DNA of 63,680 bases, counting the filler, from Choristocarpus tenellus KU-1152 (taxonomy: Eukaryota; Protista; Phaeophyceae): NCBI GenBank assembly GCA_964200185.2. It is 11 parts of 11 records of this genome, joined end to end, with 100 filler letters (N's around TTAATTAATTAA, not from the genome) between each part and the next. Parts side by side here need not be neighbours in the genome. Positions count along the whole stretch, not along the records: positions 39,101 to 41,666 come from CAXNAD020026719.1; positions 41,767 to 45,341 come from CAXNAD020019165.1; positions 45,442 to 48,260 come from CAXNAD020024490.1; positions 48,361 to 53,847 come from CAXNAD020010636.1; 7 more parts are not named here. One strand, given 5' to 3'. Under the pieces are notes generated by a model, which made no database searches, was not told the DNA's origin, and saw only the letters and a list, made by a program, of their open reading frames with translations. The position numbers and the translations under genes are program-made. Shown here in pieces: positions 39,101 through 52,275 of this stretch; the first letter of the stretch is position 1, and each line of letters starts with the position of its first letter.

Positions 39101-41441
39101 TAGGACAGTGTGTGGGGGGTGGCAATGATTTGGTTTGATTGTCGTGCACATGTATGCCCTGCGTTGGATTGCTTGCTTGAATAATTAGTGCATCGGTGGA
39201 GTTATTTGATTGTCGATGGTGGAGGTGGTAGAAAAAAATAGTACTTCGAAGTAGTTTTCTTTGGGGCGGCGTTTCATCGTCATTATGGATGGTTGACTGA
39301 CTGAGAAGAAGAAGTGTTATTTTCCCATATTATTTCATTGTTATCAATTATTGCTATCGTCGCCAAGTAGAAGAAGAAGCTACCACTGAGTGCATATAAA
39401 TGTTGACATTATATGATGATTGACCTCTTTGTACGAATATCTCAGTCGTGCCCGAGATATTTTTTGTTGTGATCTGCCCCCCCGCCCCCACCCTGTCAGA
39501 TACACCAATCTGCATTTATCTATTTTCTCGGGCAAGTTGTTGGACTTGTAACACATCGCAGTGGGCAAATGAGGCAAGGGGTAGGTGGGAAGCGGTTGCG
39601 GGACACATGCGGCAGGCAGTAGTGAGCAACATGTTGCTGTCAATAGAAAGACCATGAGGGATAGCATAGATCAACAATGAAAAGATCAACAATGGGCTGA
39701 CTGACGATGAACCAAATAAAGGAAACTCGGTAACAGCTTGGTAGATCAGAAGAGTCATCAGGCGATCACGGAAGAACGGCAACACTCCATCACCCACCGT
39801 TGGCAAATAGCCTCTCTTCTGCTTGGTTGAACTCCATGTAGACCCGCATCATGAAAGCGCGTTCGGGATCAAACTCTCTCTCCAGCACCGTTATTCTGCG
39901 GTTTCTGTCGAGTGTTTGTCCTTGAATGGCAAGCGCAGTTTAGGTGGTGAGCTGGTTCCTGTTGCCTAAGCAGTCTTGCTGAATGACGACAGACGGAGCA
40001 AACTGTTCCAGCCAGCCTTTTTCACGGATGGACTTGCTGACGTACGCAAGGCCACGCTCGCTCAGGGGACGCACCATCTCCGTGCTTGTGATGTTGCCAA
40101 GTTTCATCTGGTACGTGCCGAGGTAGTGATGTTCTACGAACGAGGACATGCCCTTCAGATTGCTGTACCACGATCTCGATCCGTGCGCAGCGCCATCAGC
40201 GGGCGGGTGGGTTGTTGTTGAGCGAATGCTGGACATGGCGAAGATTGGGAGGGTGTGACGGGGATCGATAAATAACAGATGCACATGGTATGTACTGAAG
40301 GGAAGGAAGAAGTGAGGAGTGAGGGCTGGGAGGTGCTGCTTTATTTCATCTGATCGGTCGGTCCTCAAAACTCAGATTTCTCTTTCTGTTGATAATTGTG
40401 TTATAAAAAATACTAATATCGAACAGCATACGATTTCATATTGAAATGGGATAGAGAGTATCATTTTTTTGTGACCTTTGCGTTTCGTACGTTTCAAACG
40501 TATTGGATCAATGAAGTATGTGGTTTGTATATATATTTGTTGATATAAAGATTAGATTATTATTATTATTTCGTAAAAACCCTAACACACGTGTTTTGGC
40601 TCTTCAATAGTTTTATTGATTCGATCGGATGAATAAAACTCTAAAGCCGCTTTTTGTCGTCTCTAGTATTTTTAAGAATACAAATGTCCAACAATTTAAG
40701 TTTTCTACTTAAAACAATTGGAGGATACCAGTTTCTTTTTTACCTTTTGGTTTCGGAACATTGGAAACGTACAAGATCAATTAAGTATGTGCTTTGTATT
40801 AAAAAAAATTGTAAGTACGGATATAATCGGATTTACAACTTCCGAAAACCCTAATGCACGTTTTTTCAGGATCATGGATCTCAGGGTGGTCCGACGGATC
40901 GCCCAGAGCTCAAACATCGTTCATACGCCCGGCTTCGAATCTCATCACTCCTACACTTCACTGCCCAAGATCGCCTGTTGCCCGAAAACACCATGACAAG
41001 TCCAACAACTTGCCCGAGAAAATAGAGAAATGCAGATCGGTGTATCTGACAGGGTGGGGGCGGGGGGGCAGATCGCAACAAAAAATATCTCGGGCACCAC
41101 TGAGATATTCATACAAAGAGGTCAATCATCATATAATGTCAACACTTATATGCACTCAGTGGTAGCTTCTTCTTCTACTTGGCGACGATAGCAATAATTG
41201 ATAAACAATGAAATAATATGGGAAAATAACACTTCTTCTTCTCAGTCAACCATCCATAATGACGATGAAACGCCGCCCCAAAGAAAACTACTTCGAAGTA
41301 CTATTTTTTTCTACAACCTCCACCATCGACAGTCAAACGACTCCACCGATGCACTAATTATTCAAGCAAGCAATCCAACGCAGGGCGTACATGTGCACGA
41401 CAATCAAACCAAATCATTGCCACCCCCCACACACTGTCCTA
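39101..41441. mobile_element. Element with ~450-bp inverted repeats (39101-39549 / 40996-41441)
   Basis: The arms are near-identical reverse complements. The left arm is truncated by the contig end. Confidence 0.85.
39798..40236 (-). pseudogene. ParB/Sulfiredoxin-like domain gene remnant
   Basis: VRPLSERGLAYVSKSIREKGWLEQFAPSVVI...*TALAIQGQTLDRNRRITVL. LDRNRR is two point changes from LDGNHR. There is one in-frame TAA, and the exon ends at a GT donor. Confidence 0.55.
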
Positions 41442-42166
41442 GTAACTCCTTTGTGACTGACCTTGCTTTCTAAGCGTGCCAAGAATTACACGATAACAAC
41501 AGCCACTATAGCTAAGAATATATACTAAGTACAAGCTTTTCATGTATGTATACAATGAAACATGTGTTTGTTCTTCTTTGTCGACTTGGTTGGTTAGGGT
41601 TTTTGGTGGATGTAACCTATCTATCCCTTTCTTGTACAAACCACATCACCCTCGAATAGATATTTANNNNNNNNNNNNNNNNNNNNNNNNNNNNNNNNNN
41701 NNNNNNNNNNTTAATTAATTAANNNNNNNNNNNNNNNNNNNNNNNNNNNNNNNNNNNNNNNNNNNNGGAGATGTGGGGGGGGGGGGTTTGGTTGTGGGTG
41801 AAGGTGAAGATGGAATGGTTGAAGACAGCTTCATTTTCAACTCAATTTTCAAGTGACCTTGAGGCTCCCGTTGTTTCTACTTTATAATGCAAGATGAGAA
41901 ATGGTCTGTTTTTTTTGGCATGCAGGTGTTGGAAAGTGATCGTCTGATGATGTGGATTGTTAGGTAACCTAGAGGTGAAAGGAGGTTAAGTTTTGGTTGT
42001 GCGTTGTACCATGCCCTGGTTATCTTTTGATGGAAAGCAGATTTACAAAGTTGGGTGTTGTTGGGGATGAGTTTTTTGAGAGGTGGTTGTTGGTGGGAGG
42101 AGCTTAGGTCCAGAAGTTACTATTTTTTTGGTTTTGCCTTCTCCTCTGTGTTGTTGACTGTTGCAG

Positions 42167-44061
42167 GTGCCGGGTGGAGTGAACAAGAACAACTACGCCA
42201 ATGTGGACCTGATTGTGGATGTTGCTAAGAAAGAGGTGGGGTGCTGTAGGCTGGGGTGGGGGAAATGGTGTACGCACGTACACGCATGTAGACCCTCTTT
42301 GTGATCACGTAAGTTTGAATATAGAATAAGGTTGTAATAAACATAGTAATGTGTGTGATGTGCAAGAAGAGTTGATGTGCTAGGTAGAGAACCAAGTGTC
42401 TGCAAGGTGTGGGCTCATCATCTCACGGGCGTTTGGAGCATGTTAGTTCACATTAGTGAACAGCACTTAGCCTGATGTGTTTTGAGGAGGCTGCTGGAGA
42501 TGAAGTAAATAGTAACGCCATTGCCGTGGAAATTTTTATGCCAGCGAGTAAAGGCTAAAGTCAGCCCCAACGGTAGCTGGTGGCAAGAGTTGATCTGATC
42601 TAGAGTGCCCAGTCTTTTAAGTATTGGCATGGTTTAACTTAAGACGGTGACCCTACTGAATTTTACGCTTAAAATCTGGCTCTTTTTCATTTCCTCTGGG
42701 ATAGTTCTTGTTCTGCTTGGTTTCATATGTTGACCATGTATATGCTCTTTTTTTGTCTGAGGCATTCTTGGGCTCTCTTTTTTTAATTTTTTGGTTTGGA
42801 TCTGATCAATGAGTGCTGCAGTTGGATGTGGATTGAGGGTCTGTTTGCATCTCTTTTTCATAGTGTGTTGGCTTCTAATCGGAGCAACCTGCACAAGATA
42901 AATCAATGTTCAGTTCGATTCTGAGTTTTTCTATTCTTCCTTACTAAACATCCACAGCGGTTACGATTATGGTCGTATGAAAATCAAGTGCCTACATTCA
43001 TATCTACCCCCTCCGCCTCCCCTTCCTGTCATCTGAGTTCATTTGACCTTTTCCCTGAGAAAACGCCTACAATATTTGGATAATTCTTTTACTGTTCAAA
43101 TGCATACCTTGCATGCACCCCCCTCAATTATCTTTTAACACAAAAATGCTGCTGAAAAACAGGGTGTGGATGCAGTATGGCCTGGTTGGGGACATGCCTC
43201 TGAGAACCCTGCGTTGCCAAGGACGCTAGCAGCTGAGGGAATCAAGTTCATTGGCCCCACATCTCCCGTGATGTCTGTGCTCGGCGACAAGATTGCAGCC
43301 AACATCTTGGCGCAGACTGCAAATGTCCCGTCCATCCCATGGAGTGGCTCTGGGCTTAAGGCAGTGCTGACAGAGGTGCCCAGAGTGTTGTGGGGCAAAG
43401 TGTCAAGTCTATGAATGTATCTGAGGATTGCTGTAGTGGGTCCTAACTCTGTTTTTTCTGTCCTATTTTTCCCACAAGTAGAACTTCTTTTATCCTAACA
43501 TTTATTTTTCTTCCTCAGTGTTTAAAAAGTGTGTAAAAATTAAGAAATGTAACTGTGAGTATGTAGACTATTTTGTTGGGTTCTTTCCTTGTTTTTGTTA
43601 GCTCCCCTACTAGTCCCAAATATAACAATACTAATAATAATAATTGTAATTGTAATTGTTTGCAAGGTTTGACTGAAATAAACATACCCATCTGTGACTG
43701 TTGTGAACGTCTGGACTGTTTCACTTTGAAACATATCCTAGACTTAACCCCAACACCCTTTTTTTTTCCACCTTCTATCCTAGTATGGTGTTTGTTTATA
43801 GTCTCAGTATAGGGATCACCGATGCATGTGTAAGCCCTCATCAATAGAATGCACCACATATTTAAAAAACCTGTTAAACAATAGGAGGGTACCATTCCAG
43901 ACGCGACTTTCAAGGAGGCCACAGTGACCACCGTGGAGGAGGCGCTGGAGTCAGCGAACAAGATTGGATACCCTGTGATGGTGAAGGCTTCCGAAGGGGG
44001 AGGTGGAAAGGGTATTCGGATGTCCCACTCTGATGAGGATCTCAGGACACACTTTGTCCAG
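42167..44061 (+). CDS. ACC1: Homomeric acetyl-CoA carboxylase, biotin carboxylase domain exons (partial; resembles the plastid-type stramenopile isoform)
   Basis: Exons 42167-42235 ([17 protein letters not shown]), 43163-43375 ([14 protein letters not shown]...[22 protein letters not shown]) and 43885-44061 ([19 protein letters not shown]). Confidence 0.96.
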
Positions 44062-46016
44062 GTATGTCGTTGAGGGTATCTGTGGGGGGTGGGGCATTTG
44101 TAAGGGGTTTGTATTGTCAAGCTTGGGAATGGAGCAGGTTTTGTTTGATGGTGGTGTGGTGATTGGTAACGATGTTTTTTTGTATCAAGGAGCTTTGGCC
44201 ACTCTAGTTTCTCATGTGTTGTGTGTTGGTGGATGGTGATGTAAAGAGTTTGCAGGGAACTTGGTGATAGTTTTGCATGTCGCAGGTGTCTCTTTTTAGG
44301 CATGAATGGAAGGTGCACTTAAGCTCATCACGCAGGACATGTGCTTTTATGCCCAGCTGTATTGGGTATGAAATGGTGTTTTATTTCCCCCCCCCCCCTA
44401 ACACACACACACTTGATGGATGTAGAAAGTTGATATGTGATGTGGTTTGTTGTGGTTGGGAAGTGGACTACAGTAAGTGTACCTGGTTTTTTGCCTTCGG
44501 TGGAGGAGGAGGAGGGGGCAAGGGTATTGGTATTAGGTTTGTGATGTTTGAGGTCACTTAGTATTTGTAAGAGGCCCCGTAATGAGTGCTGGAATACCAA
44601 TTTCTTTCTAAGCCTTGTGGGGCATGGCCCATTGATGATATTTTTAGTATTTGATGTCAAGAGAACATCCTGAGGTTAGGGTTTAGAAGTCAGATCGTGC
44701 GCAAGGTGGTACCCGTTTATATCCTCACTGAGACTGCACTGGTGTTTGCGAAGTATTTATGTGGTGTCTCATGTTAGTTGTCACTTACAACTCCAAGGAA
44801 ATAATGTGTCTTGACTTGCTGTAAGAAAGCAACGATGGTTGATGTTGAAAGTGGGAAGGAAGTGCTGGTGTGGGGAATGAGTTGTAAAATGATTTATTCT
44901 GTTTCATGTTGGAGGGCTCTTTTTTAGCCTTAGGACAACATGGTTGTGTAGAGGATAGGATTATATGCCTGAGGTATTTGAACATGAATGTGATGTGTAC
45001 TTCTGAGCTTCTAACAGTATCTGAATATGGGAATGTAATAAAAAGTTCTCCCCCTGACCTATTTTAGTACTGCAAAGAATTCTCCTATTATTGAGGGTTT
45101 TATTGAGGGGGTCGTTCGTCGTTGGTGATGAGTCTATGGGTAGGGTTAGGCTGCGCCTGAATAAGGGGAGGAGACCTCGATCAGTATCATGGTGTTTTTG
45201 TTTTGTTTCAACATGTTGTAGGAAGAGTATTGTAGTGGATTTATGTTAGTGAAGATGAACTGCGTTCTTATGGTAGGCCCTACAGTGTTGTGTATTGGGC
45301 TTTGGGGGAGGGTGAAATAGGCACTGGACAGGGAGGGGAGGNNNNNNNNNNNNNNNNNNNNNNNNNNNNNNNNNNNNNNNNNNNNTTAATTAATTAANNN
45401 NNNNNNNNNNNNNNNNNNNNNNNNNNNNNNNNNNNNNNNNNGGGAGGATGAGGAAAGTGAATAGAGGAGGATCAATACTGGGAGTTGATATATATGACGA
45501 GGAGTTTCCAGCAGTGGATTGAATTGAGGGCTGGTTCCCATCGAGGAAGATAAAAAAACCAGAACTATACAGGTTGCAAAAGGCATCTACCCAGTGGGAG
45601 GTGTTGATGCAACACAAAAGTGAGAATATCCATGTTCCATCACAGTGGCATTCACAAACACAATTTTATCAATTTCAGATATACATACTCATACAAAACG
45701 CCTGCTGTACTAAAATTACTAAAAAAAAAGAGTAAAAACCTTCAAATATTGAACAAATCCAGAAAAACAAAAAAGGCTAAGAAAATATTTGGATAGCCAA
45801 GAATAAACAATACCTGCTGCCATGTGTACTGTTTGTACAGTATCTTCTACATCCAGAACCACCAACCACCCTCTTTCAAACAAAACATATGCTACTATGG
45901 CAGTCATCAACCCAGAGCTCGACTAGAGCTCATCCATGGTTCCACCCACCCACTCCACTACCTAGTGTCAACCCACCACCCCACCCCCCAACACCAGTCC
46001 GACTCTTCACACTAAC

Positions 46017-47662
46017 CTCAGCCTCGTGGGTAAGGTGTACTGAGGTACATTCTGCCTTCACATAGGACAGGTACTTCTGTAACTTATCAACACCCCACGG
46101 CTTGTTGCAGACTGGACCTTCTCCTCCCCTTCCAGACCCTCCCCCTCGACCACTCCTTGGCCCAGCACTGGTACTTGCTCCACCAGAAGGATGACTACTT
46201 GCCCCTGTACACAATCAGAGACATTCAGGAATTAAGACACAGAGTGGAGTGTGTTTAGGCAAAAAGGTATATGCACATATCATCATAAGTCACCACGGTA
46301 ATTGTACACAAGAAATCCGAAAATAGGCAGGGTACAGGATGCACCCTACTCCCCCCCCCCTACCTGAATTTGTTCAAATGTCACAGGCACAGGAAAATTA
46401 GAAATGAAATTTAGAGAGTTGATAAGTCATCACAAAATATTGCACTACCCTGAGGGAAATAAAAGTTTGAACATTTCCCCCTACCTAACAAACTCCCACT
46501 ACAAGTGTTAAGAGCCACTTCTACTACTCTACCACTGTAGCGGTCCATTGCTGATCACTTACTGCTATTTTTTTTTCCAAAACGTAAATGCCTTCCTAAG
46601 TTCACATTTTGAATTTCTCATCCTACCATGTAAGTTGAGCATGATCACTATATAAATAAGGCTTCAAACTCCAAATATAATGAAAATATTAACACATGAA
46701 AATACACTGTGCGCTGTCCAAAAGTACAAATACATTAAAATACATTGTACAATTAAAAAAATATATGAAAAGACTTACATTTCTTCATTCAAATTCTCAC
46801 ACAACACCACCTTAATCACATAGGAAAAATGTTCACGTTTATTGTGGTGCAAATTACAAACCTACCAGTGCATACATTCTGTAACACTTATTTTATATAC
46901 CTTGCACCTCTGCAATAAAAACATCTGCAGTGAATAGTTATCTATCAAATATGGTACATCCCCAGGCATGCCTTCCTCCCCCTCCTTTTCAGAGGATCCC
47001 CCACCCCCCGTGCCCCAGACATAAAACACAAAGGAAGCAGACAGAGGTCACTAAAGCAAAGACACCACAGGACATGGAACAAGCAAACCTATCGTCATCA
47101 CCATAGATGGTGCATTTCCGAATTCTGAATATCTCTGTGAGCACGCATCAATTACATCCCTTATCCTTTCTCAAGCTTGCCTACAGCTAAATGTAACCCT
47201 AACGCTAACCCTAACCCTAGTAACATGTACATTGTTATTATAACAAACGCAACAACCTAGTCCAATCTTGAAAAAATCTGACAACACTATGGTTGCAAAC
47301 AAGCCCATTTGGGGCAAGATAATCCCTGAGTCTTATGTTGCTACTAACTAAATTATTGCTGAAGTGCTCGTATTATATAACAGGGTGGCTGCATAACAAC
47401 ACGATTACAACTAATGACCATATATTGCAATAGGAAGGCTGCTACTACAAACATACTTATTAAGCAATCAATGCACTCTCCACTACTAAACAGTTATACA
47501 TTCAAGTGTATGATAAATAGCACCTTGAGCAGGTCCTGCACCTGTCCCCCCTTCCTGCGGTGCTCTCAGCTGTGCCATTGCCACAGCTGCTGCTGCTGCC
47601 ACATCAGTAGTCTTGCCAATCGCAGACCTGAGCACAAAAGTCGATACGACCTTGTCCCACTC
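46017..47662 (-). CDS. MCM9: MCM9-like helicase, two internal exons
   Basis: 47662-47542 (EWDKVVSTFVL, cf. MCM9 DWDRIISSFIL) splices in phase to 46204-46017 (PWGVDKLQKYLSYVK...LTHEAE). Confidence 0.7.
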
Positions 47663-49235
47663 CTGAAATGCAACAACAACAAAAAATTAAGAAGTATAGC
47701 TCAAGACTGCAGCAATCCATACAAAAAGGATAAAAAGAAAATATGTATTTTCAATCTTAAAAAAAAAGAAAGCAAAGGGCCTCAAACAAACAAAAAATTG
47801 AATTCTGTACGTCAATACATACCGACAGAGAAACTAGCATGTGAGAGTTTTTTTTCCCCTTTTTAAAAAAAGGATATTTGGATGCAAACGTGCCAACATT
47901 GTTGTACTTCCTAACTTTCAATTTATTTATTTATTCATTCAAAAAGTTCTGTAGTACATAAAAAAAAATTAAAGCGTAAATCACAGCATCAAGTACATCT
48001 GGCGGCAGTGGGTGGGCTGGACAGTATACTCTACAAATGTATTACATTTGATTGGTTGAATCTTACTTCAGCCTTCAAGTGAAGAGTTGAAGAACTCATG
48101 GTCATCGTACGGATGACAAGTAAATTAATTCTACTTGAACTTTTTGGCAGGATGTGTTTTTTGTTTATTTTTCATCTGAACTGGATATTACTGATGTTAT
48201 ACACTGTTGTGATGATCATGGGGGGGGGGGGGGGGGAAGTGGCCGTTTAAAAAAACAAAGNNNNNNNNNNNNNNNNNNNNNNNNNNNNNNNNNNNNNNNN
48301 NNNNTTAATTAATTAANNNNNNNNNNNNNNNNNNNNNNNNNNNNNNNNNNNNNNNNNNNNCCATCCAGTCCAAGTTATCACGGAGGAATGTATCCACCTA
48401 TTGGGGATACATGTATGGGGGGATGGAGTAATTACCAGTCCAGGGTGAGGATATCTTACAAAGGTCAAAAAAATCCAAGCCAAATCCTTACACCAAGTTA
48501 GTATGTATCTATCATAATATTTTTGAGGTTTTTATGATGAAGGACTCATGAAACAGCATTGTGAACTCAAAGAGCCACTCAGATACACAACAACAGGCCA
48601 AAAATTGAATCTCCACGCTGAATGCATCATCCCTAGGTCCTATCACTTACAAAACATAGGCAAAATATGTACATATCCTTGCATCATGCATTGAATGAAT
48701 TTTTGTTGATCAAGCAACCAGTGAAGACTTACAATTGAATATATCTTGTGAACCAGTGTCAGCATATGGTAATGAATTCCAAAAGAGGTTAAGAAGAAAA
48801 TGTCCCACCAAAATAAAATCATAGTACACCACCTCATAGGGTTGACCTCTGCTTTGAATTTAAGGTGCAGGCGAAGTCCAATAGCAGAACATTGTCAAAG
48901 TCCAAATATTACACTTGCTTGTCGCTTGCTCGGCCTGTGTAATGCTATAAGATTCTACTGCTTTGGATCTTATCAAACACAATTTGCTCGGTGACAAATG
49001 TCTGATATCCATCTTGTTAAAAATATGTTAAAAATATGTTAAAAATATGTTTAAAATATTTCTTACCGAACAGTTTGACTATATCAAAACACTCGGTCAT
49101 ATAAACTGGACCACATGCATAGACAACATGTTCCTCTCTATATGGTAAAAAACAGTACTGTAAGACAGTGCAACCTGAAATAGAGAAAAATATCACTGTA
49201 AACCATAGTCTCCTTGTAATCGTCATCAGGCTTAC

Positions 49236-50895
49236 CGTTGTCCCTGCTTGCATGTAGGCATGTGCCACCACAGTAACATTGTGGAGCACGCTGTTTCGAG
49301 TCTCAAGAGCTGATTTTATGTTCATCAGGATCAACAGATCTGTTTGATTCATCTTGTAGAGGAAATTGAGCGATAGGTCAATGCTGAAGCCATCACTCAA
49401 GACCTGCTGGAGCTTCTCCAGACGCCCCATAAACTCCTTGCTCTGTTCACCATCCTCACTCACTTCCATTTCATTTGCTGATGCAACAGCAGCAACCTCC
49501 CCTTCCTTGGCACCTCCCTCTTCTCCCTTCCCCTCCTCAATCCCTGCCTCAGGTGCGCCAGCAGCTATGCTTTTCTGCGGCAGGTGCTTGTTAACCTCCA
49601 TGAGAAAGTGCTGGTCTTCTGACTCTACAAGATCAAACGCAATTTGGTATGCCAAGAGGGCTGACTCATCTGACCCATGCAGGAGGTCCTTCAGCACTTG
49701 CGCCACTTGACCCGCCTGGGCGTACAGTTGACAATACAAGCACATAAATTGGGATCAACAGGGACTTGTTATTGTTATACCATGAGAAACATAAAATGGA
49801 GATTTACAGCAGTAGAGCAGAGGTCTCTCTTGGCACAGTGCTATGATACACACAACATACACCAAGGACATCCAGTCTAATTAATGTTCAAGTCATAGGA
49901 CAACCCAAAATATCTGAAAACTTCGTACTGTGGAACATGTCTCTAATTCTTGTCCATTTCCTGATGACAACTCATATTTTGACTCACCTCGCCCAAAAAC
50001 TGGAGGCTCTGGCTTACTGCTACAAAGTCTGTCTCGGGCAAGGTACGGTGCATGTCTACAAGGATGGCTAGTACCGCGAGCCGTGTCTCCTTGGATGTGA
50101 CTAGTGTTTGGCACACATCAAAAGTGTAAGCGAGTATCCCTCTCTTGTCAGTCGACTGTCTGATAGTTTCCTCCATCTTGTCCAACCTCCTGGACTCAAG
50201 AGCGATACCCATCGCTTGGGTATATTCGCCGTCTGCGTAGCACCGTTCAAACATCCGCTCAACGATGCTCTCCATCCTTGGGTCAACAGGCTTGGTTTCA
50301 TCTTCCTCTTCTTTCTGAGATGTACGCAGAGCTGTGTATTGATCGATACATATCGACACCATCGTCGATACATACTCAGTCTTTGATGACACATCAAAAT
50401 ACGAACCGGCACCGAGAGCAAGTCGTAAGGCATCACTGTACTCCTCTAGATGGAAAAAGCACTTGCTTGCAACCGCAGCTGCAAGTTCACGAGCTGGGAA
50501 GGCTTCATCCTCACTGAGCTCTTCGATGAGCGGAACCACTGAGGCCACCTCAGCCCAGTGTTGATCCACCACGTCATGCAAACGCTTGAGAGCGTGAGTG
50601 CGTAGGGCATCGTCTTCTTCCTCTAGGAGTGAGATTAGTCCAGAAGCTATCGCAGGGTAAACAGGAGGAGATGCGTTGGCAGGGAAGAGTATTGTTTGAA
50701 ATAGGTCTTTAAAGAGATCTCAAACTTTCAATCGCCTTCCCAGGGATGATTGTTCGGCTCTGCCTCCCGCAACACATGGAATGGAACCTACGTTGGAATA
50801 ATGAGTTCCGCTAGCTCAATTCCATGCTCACCTGAAGATGAAGGGCGCGCCACCATAGTGGGGGGATCCACAGTCATGGCAACCGCTATAGCCAT
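49236..50895 (-). CDS. RPN2: 26S proteasome regulatory subunit RPN2/PSMD1, 5' exons
   Basis: Exons 50895-50832, 50646-49988 and 49715-49236 read SASGLISLLEE...HDVVDQHWAEVA...ASKCFFHLEEYSDALRLALGAG...GIALESRRLD...LAYQIAFDL...HAYMQAGTT. Confidence 0.96.
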
Positions 50896-51419
50896 GATTC
50901 CTAGCCCTTACACCAGGATTCCGCAACTCACTCCAATATACACCCCTATACTTTCCACCCTCCAATGTCGAAGTATTTGGAAGTTAGAGTACAGCAGTAG
51001 TAGACACTATTCCACAAAGGAGAACAGGTTTGACATCAATCATCCCAGTCCTGTTCAGGTTTCTGGAGAAGACAACAAAGTACTCGCGCCGCGCGCCAAC
51101 CGATTTTTGTCGTTTTTTTGTCTTGGTCTTTTCCCTTCGGATATCCTTATCCCCTCCCACATTTAACAGATATTTCACCGAAAAAGTCGGTTCAATACTT
51201 AAGATCAATGGGAGGATGGAGTGTTATATTATTATGCCCTCTGACATTTTGCAGATGTGTCAGGGGGAAACCAATGAAAACTATATACAGTATGGAGTAT
51301 CGTAAAAACCCCTTTTGTTAAAGTAACAATTGTCGTTTATGTCAAAAATATCTCTCCAAAATCTATTTACTATTTGACCACCACGTAGACTGCACCATTC
51401 CCCTGCTATGCCTCCAACC

Positions 51420-51490
51420 TAGGTTAGCCCTATACCACAGCTCGAGGAGCTAGGGAAGCATCCCAAGAATCTGACTGGCCCCTCCTTGCC
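51420..51490 (-). mobile_element. Short inverted 3' tip of the CRE-like LINE family
   Basis: GAGGAGCTAGGGAAGCATCCCAAGAATC is the reverse complement of 7736-7763. Confidence 0.7.
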
Positions 51491-51954
51491 CATATTTTGG
51501 GTAATTCTTCGTCGTGATTTGTACCGTTCTTAGTCCATAGTGTAGGGAATTGAGTGACGTTTGGCTCGAAATGAGGTTTGGCATAGTTAAAGCCTTGTGT
51601 GAAATCAAGGTGTAATATATGCACTCTGCCAGTAGAGACTTTCTTCGCCTGCAGATGTAGCGTCTGTGGCAAACCATATTGCAGTATATATTTGGGAGTG
51701 TCGATACTCTATTTCCCAAATATGTTTTTGTTGTTTAGTGTTAATATTGAAACATAGAATACTCCCTCTATAACTCCTAGATACAGTTCACTACCATCAA
51801 CTAGAGTTGGCTGTACTGTTGACCTGTCTAGCAGTAATGGTTCCTTAGAGTATAATACCAAAACTTATTACACCTATATTCACGGTATATGACCACAACT
51901 TACCGTTGCACTCTACATGGTGTTAGTCTTAAAACATAAGACTGATTCCTCCAC

Positions 51955-52275
51955 GATCGACCCTCGTAGTTTTAGTCCCAACAACTTCGCAGTGGAAGGA
52001 TTTGGGCACCTCGATAAGCAAGCAGAAAGCTTTGTGGATGAGTTGGCTACACAACATGCAGTAGGGGGGAGAGGGACGGGACGCTATTGCAAGAGAAGGG
52101 CTGTCAAATCCCGCTTACGACAAGTAGTGTCCTTCACTACACAAGTAGTGGCTCTCTCGAGACGTCATGCATTTCAAGCTGGAGACACTAGGTAGATGAG
52201 CAAGAAGGAACCTGTCAGATTCTTGAGGTGCTTCCCGAGCTCCTCGCCCATTTGTTCAGGGCTAAGCTAGGATGG
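51955..52275 (+). mobile_element. 3' remnant of an RLE-type (CRE-like) non-LTR retrotransposon
   Basis: DPRSFSPNNFAVEGFGHLDKQAESFVDELAT...RLRQVVSFTTQVVALSRR. Homologous to 7385-7800. Confidence 0.7.

Noticed and set aside
43515-44318. Longest ORF in the track (267 aa, minus strand)
   Set aside because: It is an antisense shadow of an ACCase exon and its introns.
47194-47219. (TAACCC)n telomere-like tract
   Set aside because: Only four imperfect units inside an MCM9 intron, and similar short motifs are scattered through the window. It is not a chromosome end.
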